A stretch of 64,000 nucleotides of DNA from Candidatus Omnitrophota bacterium (GCA_022711395.1 JAKLFA010000004.1:6361-70360), one strand, 5' to 3'; positions 17,944 through 28,199 are shown, numbered from the stretch's first letter. Program-made: numbers and translations. Notes: a model not told the origin generated them from the sequence alone.

Positions 17944-19251
17944 TTAATCCGCTGTGCTTTGAATTGTCCCGTCTGAAAGCTGGTGCTCTAATCTGTCGCC
18001 TTTAGCGACGTCCGAAACACTTTTCACCAAAGCCCCGCCCACATGGCGCGTGATGCTGAAGCCTTTTTTACAGATCGCGACGGGATCTGACATGGAAATG
18101 AACCGTTTAAAGTGTTCCAGACGCTCCCGCTGGCCCTTGAACAAAGACGCCACCGCCTGGCCCAACCCCTCCCGGGATTCCTTCATCCGTTTCGCTTGCC
18201 GTTGAAGCTGATCGAACGGCAGATGTAGAAGCATTCCGCCAAGGCGCGTGATCTCGCGGTCATGCTCCTTTAAAAAATCACGGGTTCCCGACTGAAGCTC
18301 AAAGGCCATGGACCGGACCGTTTCTTTCCGTTCCTGCAAGCAGCGAAAAAGGCTTTCGGACATATCCGCAAAACGCTCTTGCAACATGGCCACCGCGCCC
18401 TGAACACGCTCCATCAGAAAACGAGCCACAGCCGTCGGAGTTTTTTGATACGTGTGCGCTGCAAGGTCCGTGACCGTGATATTGATCTCATGACCGATCC
18501 CGCTCAAGACCGGCAGGCGGCAGGCGGCGATCTTTTCCGCGATCCGTTCTGAATCAAAACAGCTCAAATCCGCGATCGATCCCCCGCCCCGGGTGATGAC
18601 GATCACATCAAGCCCCGGGACCTCTCCCAGCTCATCGATCGCCCGGCAAACATCCTCTTCCGCTTTTTTTCCCTGCATTTGCGTGTCACGGTACACGACC
18701 GAAAAACCGATCCCGCTCAACCTCAATTCTGAAATAAAATCATTATAGGCCGCGCAATCATAAGCCGTGATCAATCCGATGTTCAAAGGGATCTCCGCCA
18801 GAGGCAGGACTTTATTCTTGTCCAGCACCCCTTTTTTCTTTAGAAGCGCGATCAGCCGCTGCTTTTCCTGAGCGATCTTTCCCAGGGTATAGGACGGGTC
18901 CAAACTTTCAACGACCAAGCGCACCGCGCCGTGCGGAGGATAGAAATCCACTTTGCAAAGAAACTTGACCTCGATATCATCCTTAAGCTCGAACGGGCTG
19001 CCGCTGTCCGCCAGGACCTTTTCAACATACGCCCTGCGATTGGAAAAAATGACCAGCCCGATCTGGGCCGTGATCTCCTGCGTCTGAGCGTCTTTCTCGC
19101 ACAAATTAAAGAACGCGTGCTTTTTCAGCCGGGAACGATCATATCCCTGGATCTCGCCGCAGACCCAAACAGCCTGTGGAAAGCCCATCTGCAGGACTTC
19201 CTGAATCAGGGAGTTTAATTGTGAAACTGTCAGAAATTGTTGCGGGTCCAT
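17944..19251 (-). CDS. xseA: Exodeoxyribonuclease VII large subunit
   Basis: 435 aa. N-terminal OB fold (VSQLNSLIQEVLQ...VWVCGEIQGY) and the catalytic region. Confidence 0.9.
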   Translation of the reverse strand: MDPQQFLTVSQLNSLIQEVLQMGFPQAVWVCGEIQGYDRSRLKKHAFFNLCEKDAQTQEITAQIGLVIFSNRRAYVEKVLADSGSPFELKDDIEVKFLCKVDFYPPHGAVRLVVESLDPSYTLGKIAQEKQRLIALLKKKGVLDKNKVLPLAEIPLNIGLITAYDCAAYNDFISELRLSGIGFSVVYRDTQMQGKKAEEDVCRAIDELGEVPGLDVIVITRGGGSIADLSCFDSERIAEKIAACRLPVLSGIGHEINITVTDLAAHTYQKTPTAVARFLMERVQGAVAMLQERFADMSESLFRCLQERKETVRSMAFELQSGTRDFLKEHDREITRLGGMLLHLPFDQLQRQAKRMKESREGLGQAVASLFKGQRERLEHFKRFISMSDPVAICKKGFSITRHVGGALVKSVSDVAKGDRLEHQLSDGTIQSTAD

Positions 19252-19257
19252 AAAAAT

Positions 19258-19722
19258 CTATTTCCTGTAATCATCGGGTGAAGCGATCTCGACAAGGCAC
19301 CACTCCGAAAACTTTCCCGGCCGCTCCAGGCAGACGGCCATGCCGGTTGAGATCTTGGCTGCAGGGGCATCTCGTCGGGTTAAATATTGGACCAAAGATG
19401 GTATAAACGGCAAATGACTGACCACGACCAGGTCGTTGTCAAGCGCGCCGATTTCAGCGGCCGCAGAACAAGGGTCCGCGTTAGGCATCAAGTCTTCACG
19501 CTGACGGATGGCGCAAGACGGGCACACCTGCTCTTGAATGATCGTGGCGGATTGAATGGCGCGTGTTTTCGGACTGCTCCAAAGCTCCGCTGCCGACAGC
19601 CCCCGCTCATTGAGATAGCATGAAATGGCCCGGATCTCTTCCTTTCCCTGATCGCTCAAAGGCTGAGAAGCGTCGATCTCTTCATGAACATAATCACCAT
19701 GGCGCACCAAAAAGATCCTCAT
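19258..19722 (-). CDS. Histidine phosphatase superfamily protein (SixA-like phosphohistidine phosphatase)
   Basis: RHG catalytic motif (MRIFLVRHGDYV). Start assigned to the internal Met at 19722 so the gene does not overlap the upstream Macro gene. The longest ORF runs to 19827. Confidence 0.6.
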   Translation of the reverse strand: MRIFLVRHGDYVHEEIDASQPLSDQGKEEIRAISCYLNERGLSAAELWSSPKTRAIQSATIIQEQVCPSCAIRQREDLMPNADPCSAAAEIGALDNDLVVVSHLPFIPSLVQYLTRRDAPAAKISTGMAVCLERPGKFSEWCLVEIASPDDYRK

Positions 19723-19753
19723 ACACAAATCCTTAACAATTTCTAAACATCCA

Positions 19754-20266
19754 TCAACCACGACCCACAAGGGCCGTATACCGCTTATGGTCATCCGGTG
19801 AAAAACAACAGAAAATGATCTTTTCAAACGCCTTAGGATGCTGATCCAAAAAATCTTTCACCGTATGAACAGCGATCCGCGCGGCCTCATCCTTTGGAAA
19901 ACGGTAAACGCCAGTGCTGATACAGGGAAAGGCCACACTGCGGACCTTATTCTTTAAAGCAAGTTCCAGGCTCCGGCGGTAACAACTGGCTAAAAGCCCA
20001 GCTTCGCCTTTTTGCCCGCCGTTCCAGACAGGGCCGACCGTATGGATCACATAGTTGGCTTTTAAACGATACCCCCCGGTCAATTTGGCATCGCCGGTCG
20101 AGCACCCTGCAAGAGCGCGGCATTCATCAAGCAGCCCGGGTCCGGCCGCTCGATGGATCGCGCCGTCCACCCCTCCGCCGCCAAGAAGTGTCGTATTCGC
20201 AGCGTTAACGATCGCATCAGTTTCTAATGTGGTAATATCGCCCTGGATAACCTCAATGAGACTCAA
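19754..20266 (-). CDS. Macro domain protein (ADP-ribose / O-acetyl-ADP-ribose processing)
   Basis: 170 aa. Macro motifs [14 protein letters not shown] and [15 protein letters not shown]. Confidence 0.8.
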   Translation of the reverse strand: MSLIEVIQGDITTLETDAIVNAANTTLLGGGGVDGAIHRAAGPGLLDECRALAGCSTGDAKLTGGYRLKANYVIHTVGPVWNGGQKGEAGLLASCYRRSLELALKNKVRSVAFPCISTGVYRFPKDEAARIAVHTVKDFLDQHPKAFEKIIFCCFSPDDHKRYTALVGRG

Positions 20267-21045
20267 AAGACAGGGTCCTCTTCCTCCGGCGGTTTGGCCG
20301 CTTTATAAACGAGGACCTGGCCACCGGTCTTTAATTCAAAAACTGATTTTTCCGCATCCTCGGGAACAGCCCTCACGGTATAGGACGACCCGTCAGAACT
20401 GCAGGTAAATTTATAATTATAAAAGACCGCGTCACAATACAGCCGTTCCAAATACGGCGGCTCCTCAAAATAAAGGCGTGAAATATCATCCGGATAATAC
20501 CCATACGTCTTGTGAAAAGATTCCATGCCAATGGCGATATCCCTCAAAGCCCGTTGGGCCCGCCATTCGGTCGCGTTCATGACCATAGGGATGATCTGTT
20601 GCTGGATCGTAACCTTCCAGGTCTCCGGCCCGATAATAAAAAATGCCGAAACAATGATCAATAACACGCATAACGTTGTTATGAGCTCCGGGAACGGATC
20701 GACCTGAACAACATCACGGCTGTTGATCCGGCAGGCCATCGCATAGGCATCATAGATCCCGTAAAGCCACGGCACGACGAGCCAAAACGTGCACATGACA
20801 ATGATCCCCTTCAAAAGCTGGCCATTATAGAACTGGCCGAAGCCCGGGATGATGCTGAGAATAGCCGCGAGAACCGGGTTGCGATAATAGGATGGCTTGC
20901 CCTTGGGAGGCTTTCTCCCCTCGGGACTGCAGGCATGGCATAGAACATGTCCTCGAAAGGTGGTCGCACAGTCCGCGCACAGGGGCACTTCACATTTCGA
21001 GCATTTGTCTACGGCCAATCGCTTATTGTGGATGTGACAAAACAC
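20263..21045 (-). CDS. Membrane protein with an N-terminal B-box/zinc-ribbon and a TM2-like domain
   Basis: 260 aa. CxxC/CxxC/HxxC cluster ([12 protein letters not shown]...HVLCHAC). The TM2-like segment is [21 protein letters not shown]. Its stop overlaps the Macro start by 4 bp. Confidence 0.5.
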   Translation of the reverse strand: MFCHIHNKRLAVDKCSKCEVPLCADCATTFRGHVLCHACSPEGRKPPKGKPSYYRNPVLAAILSIIPGFGQFYNGQLLKGIIVMCTFWLVVPWLYGIYDAYAMACRINSRDVVQVDPFPELITTLCVLLIIVSAFFIIGPETWKVTIQQQIIPMVMNATEWRAQRALRDIAIGMESFHKTYGYYPDDISRLYFEEPPYLERLYCDAVFYNYKFTCSSDGSSYTVRAVPEDAEKSVFELKTGGQVLVYKAAKPPEEEDPVF

Positions 21046-21173
21046 GCATCCTCCTCAATAGTTATGGATTATTGTAACAAAAAAGCCTTTAGCGCCAAAG
21101 ACCTTTTATGAATCTCTTTATAAAATAGGAAAAAGGGCGAAACGGTTGGATGAAATAATGAGGATCGTGTTGA

Positions 21174-21689
21174 TCAAAATTCTTCTGTTCGGGTAGGGCG
21201 CCCTTCCTGATAGATGACCTGCTTTTCTAAAGACCCCCGGCTGTCATAAAACTCCGCTACTCCGTGGAGTTTTCCTGCCACAAAACGCCTGCGTGACAAA
21301 AGCCGCCCTTCTTCGCCATATTCTTCCAGGATCCCGCTCAAAGCCCCATCAAGAAAATACGCCGAAGAATGCAATGCCCCTTCCTGATCAAAACGCTGCG
21401 TTGCCCCGTGGCGCTGATCGTTATGATACCAGGCCAGTTCCCGCACCTCGCCTGTCGGAAAAAACTTTAACGACACTCCCTCTCGCCGTTGGCCTTCAAG
21501 ATAAACAACAAGTTTGAGCACGGGGTCCGGCTGCCGTTCGTAGACTTTGCACAAACCGCCCTGGATGGAACCGCGGGCCCAAGAGACAGGCATATAGAAA
21601 GGAAATAAAAGTATACTTGTAAGAATAGTGATATAAATAAGATGTCTCTTCATGCTACAAGTATAAAATATATCTAGAGCTGATTTCAA
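21174..21689 (-). CDS. MORN-repeat (YwqK-family) exported protein
   Basis: 171 aa. N-terminal signal/TM segment, then repeated YxxGxxxGxxxxY MORN-like units (LHGVAEFYDSRGSLEKQVIYQEG). Confidence 0.6.
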   Translation of the reverse strand: MKSALDIFYTCSMKRHLIYITILTSILLFPFYMPVSWARGSIQGGLCKVYERQPDPVLKLVVYLEGQRREGVSLKFFPTGEVRELAWYHNDQRHGATQRFDQEGALHSSAYFLDGALSGILEEYGEEGRLLSRRRFVAGKLHGVAEFYDSRGSLEKQVIYQEGRPTRTEEF

Positions 21690-21694
21690 TAGGC

Positions 21695-22711
21695 CTATTG
21701 TGTCCTTTGCTCACGGCCGGTAGCATCATAATAGATATTCCTGATGAACACGCCGTCCTCATAGATCTTGCGGATAACCGGCTGGCCGTATTCAGAATAT
21801 TCCGTCTCCTCGGCAAGAACCTCATCCACAAACTTCTGTTCGCTCATCAAACGTTCACCTTCAAAATATTTTTTGACCCCGACCTGTTTGCCGTTCTGGA
21901 AAAAGACCTCCTTCATCACCCAGCCCTTGGGATAGAACGTCCGTTCCACCTTCAGGTCCCCGCCCTCATAAACCCTCTCGGCCACGATCTTGCCTTCAGC
22001 GTCGTATTCTTTGGACAACCCTTCCAGCCGTCCATCTTTGTATGTCTCTTCCTTGAAACGGGCCCCGTTGGGAAAAAATTCCACGCTCGCCCCGCTCAAA
22101 AGCCCATTCTGATAATTCCGCTCCAAGCGAAGGGCACGTCCGTCATATTCCCTGAACAGGCCGTGGAGCTCATTATTTTTATAAGTCCGTTCCCGCTCAA
22201 GATTGCCGTCAGGAGAGTAGTCCTTGACCAGACCGTTCATTTTGCCCTGGTCATAGACCGCCTGTTGCTGCAATCGCCCGTTGGGAAAATACAACCGTGA
22301 TGATCCCCAACGGATATTATCAACATACTCCTCTTCGCTCTTCACTTCTCCACCAGTATAATAGGTGCGTTTGTTCCCTTTCGTGACACCGTCCGTGATC
22401 CTTCCGGAAAATAAGATCCGCCCCTGCCCATCAAATTCACGGAACGGCCCCTCCTGTACACCGTTCTGGTACGTATACTCCGTATGGACCGACCCATTCG
22501 GATGGTACGTGTAATGGATCCCGTCCGATGGGGTTCCGCCACATCCCAAAATCACCCCGGCGCATACGCAGAGGACCACCATCCGACCGGAAAAATCCGC
22601 CTGCGCGCAGCCCTTTGATTGTCCAAAAAAGGCTTGCATTATGTTTCGTTTCTTACGAAAATAAGGAAGCTTCAAAGAGGAGAGCGCTTGTATGAAATTT
22701 GAAGAGTTCAT
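21695..22711 (-). CDS. MORN-repeat (YwqK-family) lipoprotein
   Basis: 338 aa. Lipobox-like VILGCGG after a hydrophobic segment. At least 8 tandem MORN/YwqK repeats. The true start may be the internal Met at 22639. Confidence 0.65.
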   Translation of the reverse strand: MNSSNFIQALSSLKLPYFRKKRNIMQAFFGQSKGCAQADFSGRMVVLCVCAGVILGCGGTPSDGIHYTYHPNGSVHTEYTYQNGVQEGPFREFDGQGRILFSGRITDGVTKGNKRTYYTGGEVKSEEEYVDNIRWGSSRLYFPNGRLQQQAVYDQGKMNGLVKDYSPDGNLERERTYKNNELHGLFREYDGRALRLERNYQNGLLSGASVEFFPNGARFKEETYKDGRLEGLSKEYDAEGKIVAERVYEGGDLKVERTFYPKGWVMKEVFFQNGKQVGVKKYFEGERLMSEQKFVDEVLAEETEYSEYGQPVIRKIYEDGVFIRNIYYDATGREQRTQ

Positions 22712-23042
22712 GAATCAAATCCGTCAGTGGGATAATCGCTGTTCCCGCTGGATGATGCGCCATTTTTACTTCTTATTTTTCCAGATCGTCCTGGTCGTGA
22801 CATTTCTGTTCTTCTTTCTGCGTATCCTGGAAACGATCAACTTGATCGCTGTCGTTCCGCATGACGACCTGCACTCACAGATCCTTCTTCACAACTCCAT
22901 GACCACCATGATCATCGTCTTTTTGATGATCCTCAATTCGTTCTGGATGCTGTTTTTATTCAACGGGATGAACCGCATCCGCCTGGTCCTCAAAGACATC
23001 AACTACAACCTCATGCGTCAAAAGCATCAGCACAAGAATTAA
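22692..23042 (+). CDS. Small hydrophobic membrane protein, hypothetical
   Basis: 116 aa with 2-3 TM helices. It occupies the position downstream of ftsA where ftsZ would normally sit. Coding status is unverified. Confidence 0.35.
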   Translation: MKFEEFMNQIRQWDNRCSRWMMRHFYFLFFQIVLVVTFLFFFLRILETINLIAVVPHDDLHSQILLHNSMTTMIIVFLMILNSFWMLFLFNGMNRIRLVLKDINYNLMRQKHQHKN

Positions 23043-24280
23043 AAATACTCCTGATACAATTCTTTCAGTTTTTCCTTCATAGACGACATCCAACTGCCTG
23101 AATTTTGAAGACGGCGTCCAACCCCATAGCTGCGGCGGAACCCCGCCTGCGCCAATCCGATCGATGACAAGAATTTCGCGGCATTCTGCATACGCTTGAC
23201 CGGAAAATTCGTGACGGCCAATTTCGTCGACAGGTTCATCCGCTGCTCGATGCGTTCCGGAAGGCCGGTCAAAAACGCGCCCCCTCCGGTCAAAAAGATC
23301 CCCACATTGATCTGCCCCACAGTCCCGGAACGGGCCAAAGCGTCCGAACAATGAGCCAAAAATTTCTGCATGACCGGCTCGATCGAACGGTTAATATCCA
23401 CCTTTTTGACAGGCAGATAGCCCTCATCGCGTTTGATCAGGACTTCCTCCTGGTCATCCAGCGCCCCATCCGCAACACTGGCATACGACTGTTTGATATC
23501 TTCAGCCAGATCATAATTGACCTTCAACTGGTCAACGATCGCAGCAGTAAAATCACCACCTCCAACCCCAAAACTTTCGAAAGAACACAAATGCCCCGAC
23601 TTATAAACCAAGATGTCCGTGACTTTGGAGCCGATATCGACGATCACGCAACCCTGCCTGCGTTGATAATCATTCAGCGTGCCCTGGGCCGCCGCGTATG
23701 TCGTAAAGAACAGGTTCAGGACATCGAATCCCGCGTGATTGACCGCTTTGGTCAGGTTCTTGACGACCGTGTCATTAACAACCATCACCAGCGTCTGGAC
23801 CTCCAGTTTGCGTCCGAAAAGTCCCACAGGATTTAAGGCCGTGTTCACGTCATCCACCTGAAAGGACTGCGGAAAATCCTCAAGGATGATCTCATCCATT
23901 TTGACACCAAGCAGCCGCGCCTGATTGACGATGCGTTGGACATCACGGGTGCTGATCACCTTGTTGCCTTTATCCAAAAGAGGGATCACCGCCGAGCTAA
24001 GACGCTTCTGCACAAGCTCACCACCGACCCCTAACTGAACATCCCTGATCTTTACGCCGACCTTGCGGGAAAGGCCGGAGACCGCATTTCCTATCGCGAT
24101 CGCCAATTCCCCCAGGTCGGTCACGGAATTGCCGGTGAAGCCGCTGGTCCGGCTTTCATAAACCCCCAAAAGTGAAAGCTGCTGGCTGTCCCCCACTTCG
24201 ATGAGAGACGTTTTGATAGTCTGTGATCCGATATCCAGGCCACAAAAATACTTATCACCAATAAATCGTTTAAGCATCAT
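23039..24280 (-). CDS. ftsA: Cell division protein FtsA
   Basis: 413 aa actin-like ATPase. The N-terminus has the DIGSQTIK phosphate-1 motif. Confidence 0.9.
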   Translation of the reverse strand: MMLKRFIGDKYFCGLDIGSQTIKTSLIEVGDSQQLSLLGVYESRTSGFTGNSVTDLGELAIAIGNAVSGLSRKVGVKIRDVQLGVGGELVQKRLSSAVIPLLDKGNKVISTRDVQRIVNQARLLGVKMDEIILEDFPQSFQVDDVNTALNPVGLFGRKLEVQTLVMVVNDTVVKNLTKAVNHAGFDVLNLFFTTYAAAQGTLNDYQRRQGCVIVDIGSKVTDILVYKSGHLCSFESFGVGGGDFTAAIVDQLKVNYDLAEDIKQSYASVADGALDDQEEVLIKRDEGYLPVKKVDINRSIEPVMQKFLAHCSDALARSGTVGQINVGIFLTGGGAFLTGLPERIEQRMNLSTKLAVTNFPVKRMQNAAKFLSSIGLAQAGFRRSYGVGRRLQNSGSWMSSMKEKLKELYQEYF

Positions 24281-25041
24281 TTCCCTTTAGCAGTACTCGC
24301 GATCGGCGTTTGAAAACGCAGATCAATATACGAGATATTTTTTAGATCAACATTGGGCTGCGAAAGCAGGATCCCCAACTGCTCTAATTTTTGTTCAACC
24401 TGATAGCGGTCCATCATGACATCCCCGTATCCATCCAACGCGAGCAAGATCTTGGATTCATTGGACACATCCATGGTCCGCACTTTGATGCTGGTCAAAT
24501 AGGGATGTTCCTGCATCGTTTTCAAGATCTTCAACGCAAGACCAAGCTTCCGGCTGCGAAGGCGGTCCCCGGGTGAGGCGGAAACAATATCATCCGCCCC
24601 GATAATGACCGGCAAAGTCCTGAATGCTGCCGGGCGATCTTCCAAAACAACCCCATGCACATCGAGCACGGCTTCAGACCGCGCGATCATTGCGATGGCG
24701 AACGGTTCGCGTTTCTGGGCTGCGACCTGGATCCGGTTCGGCAACTGACGAACGATACGCAAATTATCAATGCTGGGGTATTGAGCCTGAACCCGCCGCT
24801 GGATGGCATCCAGATCGACACGGAAGATGTTGCGCCCCACAATATGGTCCAGGTACTGAGAATCGACATGCTGCAACGATGGGGTCTTAACGATCTCGCG
24901 CACGTTGAAGATCCCGGCGTGAGTGAAAAAATATAATGTCTGCTTAGCCAAAAAAACGCTGGCCGCAATGACCATGATAACGATCATGGCGTTTTTAACA
25001 ATCCCTTTGACCTCGGTATTCGTTCTTTTCTTTCGAGCCAT
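24277..25041 (-). CDS. ftsQ: Cell division protein FtsQ/DivIB
   Basis: 254 aa. N-terminal TM helix followed by POTRA and beta domains. Overlaps ftsA by 4 bp. Confidence 0.8.
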   Translation of the reverse strand: MARKKRTNTEVKGIVKNAMIVIMVIAASVFLAKQTLYFFTHAGIFNVREIVKTPSLQHVDSQYLDHIVGRNIFRVDLDAIQRRVQAQYPSIDNLRIVRQLPNRIQVAAQKREPFAIAMIARSEAVLDVHGVVLEDRPAAFRTLPVIIGADDIVSASPGDRLRSRKLGLALKILKTMQEHPYLTSIKVRTMDVSNESKILLALDGYGDVMMDRYQVEQKLEQLGILLSQPNVDLKNISYIDLRFQTPIASTAKGK

Positions 25042-25050
25042 ACGATCCTC

Positions 25051-26028
25051 TTATTCCCTGTTGCAACTCACCCCACTGGACTTGCGCGCCGCGGCAAAAC
25101 GCGCCAGACGCAGACAAAGGTTCTGAAAATCACACCCCGTTACCTGGGCAGCCATCGGAAGCAAACTGGTCGCCGTGAATCCCGGGATCGTATTGACCTC
25201 CAGCACGAACGGGCGGCGTTCTTCATCAACAATAAAATCAATCCTGGCCAAGTCCCGGCAGCCGATCGCGTGAAAGACCTTCAAGGCGATCCCCTGGATC
25301 TTACGACTCAGTTCCTGATCGATCTGCGCGGGCACGATATATTCGGTCATGCCCTTCTGATATTTCGCCTGAAAATCAAAAAAAACCGCCTTCGGCCGGA
25401 TCTCAACGATCGGCAAAGCTTCCCCCCCCAGGATCCCGGCCGTAAATTCCCTGCCCGTAATATATCGCTCGATCAAGACCCTCGAGCCGTATCCCAGCGC
25501 CTGTTCGACCGCTGGCGCAAGTTTTTCTATCTCATGGACAATTTCAACGCCAATGCTGGATCCCTCACAGGCAGGCTTAACAACAACCGTGCCCTGTTCA
25601 GCCATCGCGCAAGCCTTCGCCATGCCGCAAGGACCGTCCCCCTGTTGAACAACGCAGAATTCTGAGACCGGAACGCCCTCTTTCTTTAAAAGGAACTGGG
25701 TTTGGATCTTATCGATCGCAATGCGGTTCGCCTCAACGCCTGAACCAATATAAGGAATACCCATTTCCTCCAACAAAGACTGGATCTGCCCATCTTCGCC
25801 ATAAACTCCGTGAAGCGTAATAAAAGCTAACTCGATACCGGCATCCTTGATCACGCGCTTATTGAGACCAGGATCAAACGATGTCAGATCGACCGGCACA
25901 ACATCACAACCGGCCTCCTCAAGGGCGTGGAAGACAGCTTTGCCCGACTTTAATGAGACCTCGCGCTCAGATGAGCAACCGCCCATCAGAACCCCAATGC
26001 GGCCAAATTGTCCATGATCCAGATCCAT
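25051..26028 (-). CDS. ddl: D-alanine--D-alanine ligase
   Basis: 325 aa ATP-grasp enzyme with the C-terminal EVNTIPGFT motif. Confidence 0.9.
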   Translation of the reverse strand: MDLDHGQFGRIGVLMGGCSSEREVSLKSGKAVFHALEEAGCDVVPVDLTSFDPGLNKRVIKDAGIELAFITLHGVYGEDGQIQSLLEEMGIPYIGSGVEANRIAIDKIQTQFLLKKEGVPVSEFCVVQQGDGPCGMAKACAMAEQGTVVVKPACEGSSIGVEIVHEIEKLAPAVEQALGYGSRVLIERYITGREFTAGILGGEALPIVEIRPKAVFFDFQAKYQKGMTEYIVPAQIDQELSRKIQGIALKVFHAIGCRDLARIDFIVDEERRPFVLEVNTIPGFTATSLLPMAAQVTGCDFQNLCLRLARFAAARKSSGVSCNRE

Positions 26029-26037
26029 TGTTCTCCT

Positions 26038-27402
26038 TCACTTGCGTAAATGATCATAAAGCTGGTTGGAAACCGCCGTAATATCACCCGCCCCGAGCGT
26101 GACGACCAGATCCCCTGGGCGAAGGGCCAACGTCACCTTATCCAGGACTTCCGCTCGAGGAACATAAACTGGCTTTAAACTGCCCTGGCGCTTGATTCTA
26201 TCACAGAGAACCTGCGCATGCACCCCTTCAATCGGCATTTCGCTTGCGGCGTAAATATCCGTTATGAACAGTTCATCGGTCACGCCCAAAAAACAGGTCG
26301 AAAATTCTTCCATCAACAAATGCGTCCGTGAAAAACGGTGCGGCTGAAAGACCGTCACGATCCGTTTGTTCTTAAGATTTCTCGCCGCCTGAAGCGTAGC
26401 GCGGATCTCGGTCGGATGATGCCCGTAATCATCGATGATCTTGATCCCATTGACCTCACCCTTGATCTCAAAACGCCGATGCACTCCACGAAAATCAAAA
26501 AGGCTTCTGGCCGCCACGTCAAAGTCCACGCCAAGGATATCAACGGTCAGGAGGATCGCGCCCAAGGCGTTCAAAATGTTATGCATCCCGGGGACCTGCA
26601 AGGACACTTTTCCCAGCATCATGTCACCCTTCATGCAAAAAAACGATGAACACATGCCATCGATCGAAATAGCATCCGCCCAGAGATCAGCAGAAGAACT
26701 CAGCCCATAGGATTTCTGCGGGACCTTGAGCTGGCTCACAAGAGCCCTCAAATGAGGATCCTCGTTGCAGAACACCGCGCAGCCGTCAGAAGAGATCATT
26801 TCAAAAAAACGTTTAAATGCAGAAAGAATGTCTTCCCAGTCGGGGTAATGGTCCAAATGCTCGCGATCCATATTGGTCACGACCGCGTAACGCGGATACG
26901 CCTGCAAAAAAGATCCGTCGCTTTCATCGACTTCCGCCACGAAAAGGTCACTTTCCCCCGCCGTGATCTGCTGTGAACCGCCTTTCATGACACCACCCAA
27001 AGCGATCGTGGGATCTCGCCCGGCATCCTGCAGGATCTTGCCCACCATGGCGGTCGTGGTCGTTTTTCCATGCGCCCCCGCGATAGCGATACGCGTATAA
27101 CCCTGCATCAAATGGTTCAAAAGTTGCGCACGGTGAAGGATCTCGATATTGAGCTGACGGGCCTTCATCAATTCCGGATTATCCTTATGAATCGCTGAGG
27201 AAAAAACAACATAGTCCGGCGAAGAAATGTTGGCAGCATCATGACCAATGGCGATCTTGGCACCCTGCTCCTGCAGGGCCTCGGTCATCGCGCTTGCGCG
27301 GATATCCGAGCCGGTCACGGATACCCCTTTCTTCAGAAGCATGGAAGCCAGCTTGCCCATGCCAACACCACCGATACCAATAAAATGATAGGTCTTGCTC
27401 AT
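26038..27402 (-). CDS. murC: UDP-N-acetylmuramate--L-alanine ligase
   Basis: 454 aa. N-terminal IGIGGVGM and the Mur ligase P-loop GAHGKTTTT. Confidence 0.9.
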   Translation of the reverse strand: MSKTYHFIGIGGVGMGKLASMLLKKGVSVTGSDIRASAMTEALQEQGAKIAIGHDAANISSPDYVVFSSAIHKDNPELMKARQLNIEILHRAQLLNHLMQGYTRIAIAGAHGKTTTTAMVGKILQDAGRDPTIALGGVMKGGSQQITAGESDLFVAEVDESDGSFLQAYPRYAVVTNMDREHLDHYPDWEDILSAFKRFFEMISSDGCAVFCNEDPHLRALVSQLKVPQKSYGLSSSADLWADAISIDGMCSSFFCMKGDMMLGKVSLQVPGMHNILNALGAILLTVDILGVDFDVAARSLFDFRGVHRRFEIKGEVNGIKIIDDYGHHPTEIRATLQAARNLKNKRIVTVFQPHRFSRTHLLMEEFSTCFLGVTDELFITDIYAASEMPIEGVHAQVLCDRIKRQGSLKPVYVPRAEVLDKVTLALRPGDLVVTLGAGDITAVSNQLYDHLRK

Positions 27403-28199
27403 AATTTTTTCTTTAGATAGTCGACCCAGGCCTGGTTCAATTCTTCAATGGTCCCAAACCGGCCGTAAGCCCCTTTCATAGCTTCAAAAAAAGGACTTCC
27501 ATATTTTAATTTGCGGCAAAAGGTTTCGAAACGATTTTCTCCAAATTCTTTGATCAGGAAATAAATCACACTTGCCGACTCCGCATAAAACAGATCCACG
27601 ACCTCATCGGTGACCTTAGGGTCCAAAAGACTGCGGTTGAGGTCCTTCAATGGTATGAACACTCCCCTGTCAATAGCATCCTTAACGGTCTTATGGGCCC
27701 CCCACCTCCGGGATTTCTCCTGATACATCGCCACTCCCTCCTCGAACCAACGAGGCAATGAAACGTTATGGCCGACGAATTCCCGGAAAATAATATGGCC
27801 CAACTCATGCGGCAAAAGTGAATCAAAAAAACCATGTGCCGCCGGAAAAGTACGGATGGTCTTGCTCTTTGCAAAAGCCGCCCCATGGGACCAGTTCGCT
27901 TGACGGGCGGAGTTCACATAATCATCCTGGTCCTTATAAATATAGATCTTCGCCCGGCTATCATAGGACCAACTCTCGTAGCGGGTAAAGCCGAAGTCTC
28001 TGGTGATCTCAATATAATATTGCTCCGCTGAACGGATCACCTCATCAACGAAATCTTTCGGAGCGTCCTTGTAGAAAACCACAAAATGCTGGGACTTCTT
28101 TTCATTCCACTCGCTCTTCGGCTTTGCCGCCCACACCCAAGGGGCTTGGATGAGCACAGCAGCCGCCATGAAAATAGAAAATTTCGTGACCGTTCTCAT
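27399..28199 (-). CDS. Secreted HExxH zinc-metallopeptidase-like protein (zincin, MA-clan-like) embedded in the dcw operon
   Basis: 266 aa with a signal peptide. HELGHIIFREF zincin motif and a downstream EEG... candidate third ligand. Overlaps the murG stop and the murC start by 4 bp each. Confidence 0.55.
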   Translation of the reverse strand: MRTVTKFSIFMAAAVLIQAPWVWAAKPKSEWNEKKSQHFVVFYKDAPKDFVDEVIRSAEQYYIEITRDFGFTRYESWSYDSRAKIYIYKDQDDYVNSARQANWSHGAAFAKSKTIRTFPAAHGFFDSLLPHELGHIIFREFVGHNVSLPRWFEEGVAMYQEKSRRWGAHKTVKDAIDRGVFIPLKDLNRSLLDPKVTDEVVDLFYAESASVIYFLIKEFGENRFETFCRKLKYGSPFFEAMKGAYGRFGTIEELNQAWVDYLKKKL

